A stretch of 64,000 nucleotides of DNA from an uncultured Gemmatimonadaceae bacterium (GTDB lineage Bacteria; Gemmatimonadota; Gemmatimonadetes; Gemmatimonadales; Gemmatimonadaceae): positions 30,982 through 94,981 of the forward strand of contig CAVSJE010000004.1 of assembly GCA_963728115.1 (NCBI GenBank), read 5' to 3'. Positions 60,674 to 64,000 of the stretch are shown piece by piece. The position numbers and the translations under genes are program-made. The notes beneath the pieces are model-generated. The model worked only from the letters and a program-made list of their open reading frames with translations. It was not told the DNA's origin and did not search any database. Each line of letters begins with the position of its first letter. Position 1 is the first letter of the stretch.

Positions 60674-61387
60674 TCAGCGCCTGAGCGCGAACTCGAACCG
60701 CTGCTGTACCACCTGGCGCACCCGGTGGCCACGCACCTCCGCCGGCCGATAGCGCGAGTGGCGCAGCACATCGCGCACCGCGTCGGCAAACAGCGGGTGC
60801 GTGGCCGCGATCACGTGAATCGACGCCGGTTCGGCACGGCCCGTCGTGTCGACGATGAACTGGACGTCCACGTGCCCTTCGAGATGCGCCGCGCGCATCG
60901 TCTCCGGGTACACCGGCAGCGGGTTGCCGGCGTTCGGCACCGCCGCGCGGTCCACCGTCGACACGTCCCAGGCGCCGTTCACCGGTCCCGACGAGAGACC
61001 CGACCCGGGCGTTTCGCCCCCGGCATGGGGCGGCGCCGGCTTCGTGTCGTACCAGTGCTGGTCGACCACGATCGTCGCCGGATCGATCGTCGGCAGCGTC
61101 GTCGGCACCGTGGTCGGCGCGATCATCCGATCGGGAATTCTCGGCATCGGAACCTCAGGCGGGGTCGGGAGCGACGGTGTGGGCGCCGGATCCGCCGGCG
61201 CCGGCGCCGGAGGGGTAACCACGTACACCAACGGCGTCGCCGGCACCACGGGGCGCGGCCGTGGGGTGGCGCGCGCCGTCATCACCACGGCGAGACCGAT
61301 GATCGACGTGTGCAGCGCAATGCTCACCAGCGTCCCGCCCACCCGGCGCTGCCGCGCGCCCCGCGTTTCGATGAGTGTGCCCAGCAT
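60674..61387 (-). CDS. tonB: Energy transducer TonB-family protein
   Basis: It has an N-terminal anchor, a Pro-rich linker (PAPAPADPAPTPSLPTPPEVP) and a C-terminal TonB domain (YPETMRAAHLEGHVDVQFIVDTTGR). GGGAGGA lies upstream of the ATG. Confidence 0.8.
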   Translation of the reverse strand: MLGTLIETRGARQRRVGGTLVSIALHTSIIGLAVVMTARATPRPRPVVPATPLVYVVTPPAPAPADPAPTPSLPTPPEVPMPRIPDRMIAPTTVPTTLPTIDPATIVVDQHWYDTKPAPPHAGGETPGSGLSSGPVNGAWDVSTVDRAAVPNAGNPLPVYPETMRAAHLEGHVDVQFIVDTTGRAEPASIHVIAATHPLFADAVRDVLRHSRYRPAEVRGHRVRQVVQQRFEFALRR

Positions 61388-61397
61388 GATTCCTCCC

Positions 61398-61418
61398 GTG
61401 TGAATCCCTCATTCACAC
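61398..61418. promoter_or_regulatory. Perfect 8-bp inverted repeat abutting the tonB Shine-Dalgarno sequence
   Basis: GTGTGAAT-ccctc-ATTCACAC lies 11-31 nt upstream of the tonB ATG. Confidence 0.35.
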
Positions 61419-61453
61419 GATTGCGCATCCGGCCGCGCAGTGCATGGAGAAAC

Positions 61454-61530
61454 GATGACCGGGCGATGACGTGATGCTGAACGGGCGGTGAAGTTCCGCT
61501 GAACCACGGATGACGATTCGATGACGGCCG
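61454..61530. repeat. Seven tandem 11-bp units with the conserved core G-N-T-G-A-(C/A)-(C/G)
   Basis: The units start at 61454, 61465, 61476, 61487, 61498, 61509 and 61520. They read GATGACCGGGC, GATGACGTGAT, GCTGAACGGGC, GGTGAAGTTCC, GCTGAACCACG, GATGACGATTC and GATGACGGCCG. Confidence 0.7.
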
Positions 61531-61545
61531 GGAACCCGTGCGGCG

Positions 61546-61555
61546 CCCCCCCCCC
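61546..61555. repeat. Homopolymeric C10 tract in the intergenic region
   Basis: I read cggcg-CCCCCCCCCC-ggcct directly from the sequence. Confidence 0.8.
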
Positions 61556-61690
61556 GGCCTCGTGTCGTGCCCACGCCCCGGACCGGACCGCCCGACTGGC
61601 CACGGCCGTGCCCCGGCCCCATACTCTTGGCATCGCAAACCCAGCCGCTCCGGCACGATCATCCCGCGCAACCTCACGAGGTCGGTTCCC

Positions 61691-64000
61691 GTGCGTTCTT
61701 CCCTGCTCCGTCGCTCCCTCATCCTGATGGCCCTGGCCGGCTCCGCGGCCATCGCGACCGCCCAATCGCCGGCGTTCTATTCCGACATGCACTGGCGGGA
61801 AATCGGCCCCACGCGGGCCGGCCGCGCCCGCGCGCTGGATGGCGTGCCCAGCGAACCCAACGTGTTCTACATCGGCTACGACAACGGCGGCGTCTGGCGG
61901 ACCACCGACTACGGGTCCAGCTGGCATCCGATCTTCGACCAGGAGCCCACCGGGTCGATCGGCGCCATCGGTGTGGCCGCGTCCGACCCGAACATCATCT
62001 ACGTGGGATCGGGCGCCGGCATCATCCGCCCCGATCTCTCCACGGGCGACGGGATGTACAAGTCCACCGACGGCGGCAACACCTGGACCCACCTCGGCCT
62101 GCGCAACACGCAGATGATCGCGCAGATCGCCGTCGATCCCACGAACCCGAACCGCCTCTTCGTGGCCGCCCTCGGCCATCCGTACGGGCCCAACGAGGAA
62201 CGCGGCATCTTCCGTTCCACCGACGGCGGCCGGACGTTCCAGAAGGTGCTCTACAAGGACGAGTACACGAGCGGCAACGACGTTCGCATCGATCCCAGGA
62301 ACCCGAACGTCGTCTACGCCACGCTCTGGCAGCAGCAGGAAGGCTTCTATGAGAACGGCGCGTTCGGCGGCGCCGGCAACGGCATCTTCAAGTCCACCGA
62401 CGGCGGCGACACGTGGACCCAACTCACCGAGGGGCTCCCGGCGGTGATCCAGGCCAACCTCGCCATTGCGCCCAGCAATCCCGACATCATCTACGCGATG
62501 GCCGCCGGGGCCGGCGGGCCGGGCGGCCGCGGTGGCAGCACCACCGGCACCGTCGGGTTCTACCGCTCCACCGACGCCGGCGCCCACTGGCATCTGGCCG
62601 TCGACGATCCGGCGGTCGCCGCCGGCGCGCGGCCCGACCGTCCCGATCCCCGGCCCCTCGGGCGCATCGGCGGCGGCGATCTGCCCACGATCACCGTGGA
62701 CCCGCAGAATCCGAACGTCGTCTACAGCGCCTCGACCGTCATGTGGCGCACCGAGGACGCCGGCCTCACGTGGACGGCGGTGCGCGGGGCGCCCGGCGGC
62801 GACGACTACCAGAAGGTGTGGATCAATCCCGAGCATCCAAACATCATCCTCGCCGTGGCCGACCAGGGCGCCGTGGTGTCGGCCAACCGCGGCGAGTCGT
62901 GGAGCAACTGGTACACCCAGCCCACGGCGGCGATGTACCACGTCACCACCGACAACGCCTTCCCCTACCGCGTCTGCGGCGGGCAGCAGGATTCCGGATC
63001 GGCCTGCGTGGAGAGCCGGTCGATGGATGGCGAGATCACGTTCAACAATTGGCACCCGGTGAACATCCAGGAGTACGGCATCGCGGCGCCGGATCCGCGC
63101 GATCCCGACATGGTGTACGGCGGCAGTCGCAACAACGTCTCGCTCTACAACCGGCGCACCGGGCAGACGCGGAACGTCGGCCCCGACATGGGGCCGCGCG
63201 GCGGCCCCTTCAATCGCGACGTGCGGACGATGCCGCTCATCTGGTCGCCGGTGGATTCGAGCATGCTCTTCTACGTCTCGAACGCCGTGTGGAAGACCAC
63301 CGACCACGCCCACAGCTGGACGCGCATCAGCCCCGATCTGGCGCGGCAGACGTGGCCGGTCCCGGCCAACGCCGGCAAGTACGCCAGCGAGGTGGAGGTC
63401 GCGCCGCGCGGCGTCATCACCGCGCTCTCGCCCTCGCCCCGCGACGTGAACGCCATCTGGGCCGGCACCGACGACGGCAACGTGCAGGTGACGTGGGACG
63501 GTGGAGCGCACTGGAACAACGTCACCCCGTCGGGCATCAAGCCGTGGACCCGCATCTTCAACATGGACGCCGGCCACTTCGACACGAAGACGGCGTACGT
63601 GGCCGCGAATACCATGCGGCTGGACGACATGAATCCCCACTTCTGGCGCACGCACGACGGCGGCAAGACGTGGACCGAGATCGACGACGGCATCGCGCCG
63701 GGCGCAGTCGCCAATTCGATTCGCGAGGACCCGCGGGTGAAGGGCGTGCTCTATGCCGCCACCGAGACCCAGGTGTGGGTCTCGTTCGACGACGGCGACC
63801 ACTGGCATTCCCTGCGCCTCGACATGCCCGCGGTTTCCGTTCGCGACATCACGATCAAGGACGACGCCACCTGCCAGTGCGCCGATCTCGTGGCCGGCAC
63901 GCACGGGCGCGGCTTCTGGATTCTCGATGACATCACGCCCCTGCGGCAGATGGCGGCCGCCCAGGCCGCGCGCGACGCGTACCTCTTCGAGCCGGAAACG
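61691..64000 (+). CDS. Secreted BNR/Asp-box repeat, sortilin/VPS10-like (GH74-like) protein; partial, continues past the right edge
   Basis: It is not in the ORF track. My own translation from the GTG at 61691 gives a signal peptide (VRSSLLRRSLILMALAGSAAIATAQS), then HWREIGPTRAGRA...FYIGYDNGGVWRTTDYGSSW and repeated S-x-D-x-G-x-T-W boxes (KSTDGGNTW, RSTDGGRTF, KSTDGGDTW, RTEDAGLTW, THDGGKTW). The frame stays open to position 64000. Confidence 0.85.
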   Translation, partial: MRSSLLRRSLILMALAGSAAIATAQSPAFYSDMHWREIGPTRAGRARALDGVPSEPNVFYIGYDNGGVWRTTDYGSSWHPIFDQEPTGSIGAIGVAASDPNIIYVGSGAGIIRPDLSTGDGMYKSTDGGNTWTHLGLRNTQMIAQIAVDPTNPNRLFVAALGHPYGPNEERGIFRSTDGGRTFQKVLYKDEYTSGNDVRIDPRNPNVVYATLWQQQEGFYENGAFGGAGNGIFKSTDGGDTWTQLTEGLPAVIQANLAIAPSNPDIIYAMAAGAGGPGGRGGSTTGTVGFYRSTDAGAHWHLAVDDPAVAAGARPDRPDPRPLGRIGGGDLPTITVDPQNPNVVYSASTVMWRTEDAGLTWTAVRGAPGGDDYQKVWINPEHPNIILAVADQGAVVSANRGESWSNWYTQPTAAMYHVTTDNAFPYRVCGGQQDSGSACVESRSMDGEITFNNWHPVNIQEYGIAAPDPRDPDMVYGGSRNNVSLYNRRTGQTRNVGPDMGPRGGPFNRDVRTMPLIWSPVDSSMLFYVSNAVWKTTDHAHSWTRISPDLARQTWPVPANAGKYASEVEVAPRGVITALSPSPRDVNAIWAGTDDGNVQVTWDGGAHWNNVTPSGIKPWTRIFNMDAGHFDTKTAYVAANTMRLDDMNPHFWRTHDGGKTWTEIDDGIAPGAVANSIREDPRVKGVLYAATETQVWVSFDDGDHWHSLRLDMPAVSVRDITIKDDATCQCADLVAGTHGRGFWILDDITPLRQMAAAQAARDAYLFEPET

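Noticed and set aside
1-64000. CRISPR arrays, tRNA/rRNA genes, transposases, integrases, toxin-antitoxin modules or known defence systems.
   Set aside because: I saw none. The intergenic regions are short and have no tRNA-like T-arm motifs, no spaced direct repeats of CRISPR type, and no nuclease, ATPase or methylase defence signatures in any credible ORF.

Overview
This is a roughly 70% GC bacterial chromosomal window. It is almost entirely coding, and at least 20 gene junctions are 4-nt start/stop overlaps (ATGA, GTGA or TTGA). I found no rRNA, tRNA, CRISPR array, IS element, integrase or recognisable defence gene. The taxon cannot be established from the sequence; the gene content loosely resembles Gemmatimonadota, Acidobacteriota or Myxococcota, but that is a guess.

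The window reads as a bioenergetic island. From left to right:
(1) A membrane-bound [NiFe] uptake hydrogenase with maturation genes, hypF-hypB-hypA-hupD-hupC-hupL-hupS, on the minus strand.
(2) A minus-strand module of two tandemly duplicated lipoprotein multihaem cytochromes, a predicted outer-membrane beta-barrel and a 16-haem periplasmic cytochrome. It lies between the hydrogenase genes and hypCDE.
(3) hypC-hypD-hypE, followed by a crotonase-fold gene and a translationally coupled unknown ORF.
(4) A complete A/V-type ATPase operon.
(5) A nitronate monooxygenase-like gene.
(6) A cbb3 oxidase locus: fused ccoNO, a ccoQ-like gene, monohaem ccoP, ccoG, fixH, a DsbD_2/TauE-like gene, ccoI, and a TTG-start ccoS that is missing from the ORF track.
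(7) An unusual operon of a Rieske-fold protein with all four [2Fe-2S] ligands replaced, a b6-type cytochrome b, a membrane-anchored 9-haem cytochrome and a 21-haem NapC/NirT-fusion cytochrome, followed by a B12-binding radical SAM gene.
(8) A convergent operon of an 11-haem cytochrome, an FdnI/HydC-type cytochrome b and a 14-haem cytochrome. Its cytochromes are paralogues of those in (7).
(9) An alternative sigma-70 factor and feoAB.
(10) Housekeeping and sugar genes: USP, CBS, DUF983, cls, xylB, a GntR regulator, GH3, tonB and a BNR/sortilin-like protein.

The seven multihaem genes carry 87 CxxCH motifs in total.

The leads I rate highest are:
- the porin-cytochrome-like module embedded in the hydrogenase locus;
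- the cytochrome b complex with a cluster-less Rieske subunit and giant multihaem partners;
- the mirrored paralogous cytochrome operons flanking the radical SAM gene;
- the stand-alone crotonase after hypE, which may be HypX-like;
- a seven-unit, 11-bp phased repeat array in the tonB/BNR intergenic region.

All family assignments are made by eye from motifs. No database search was run.
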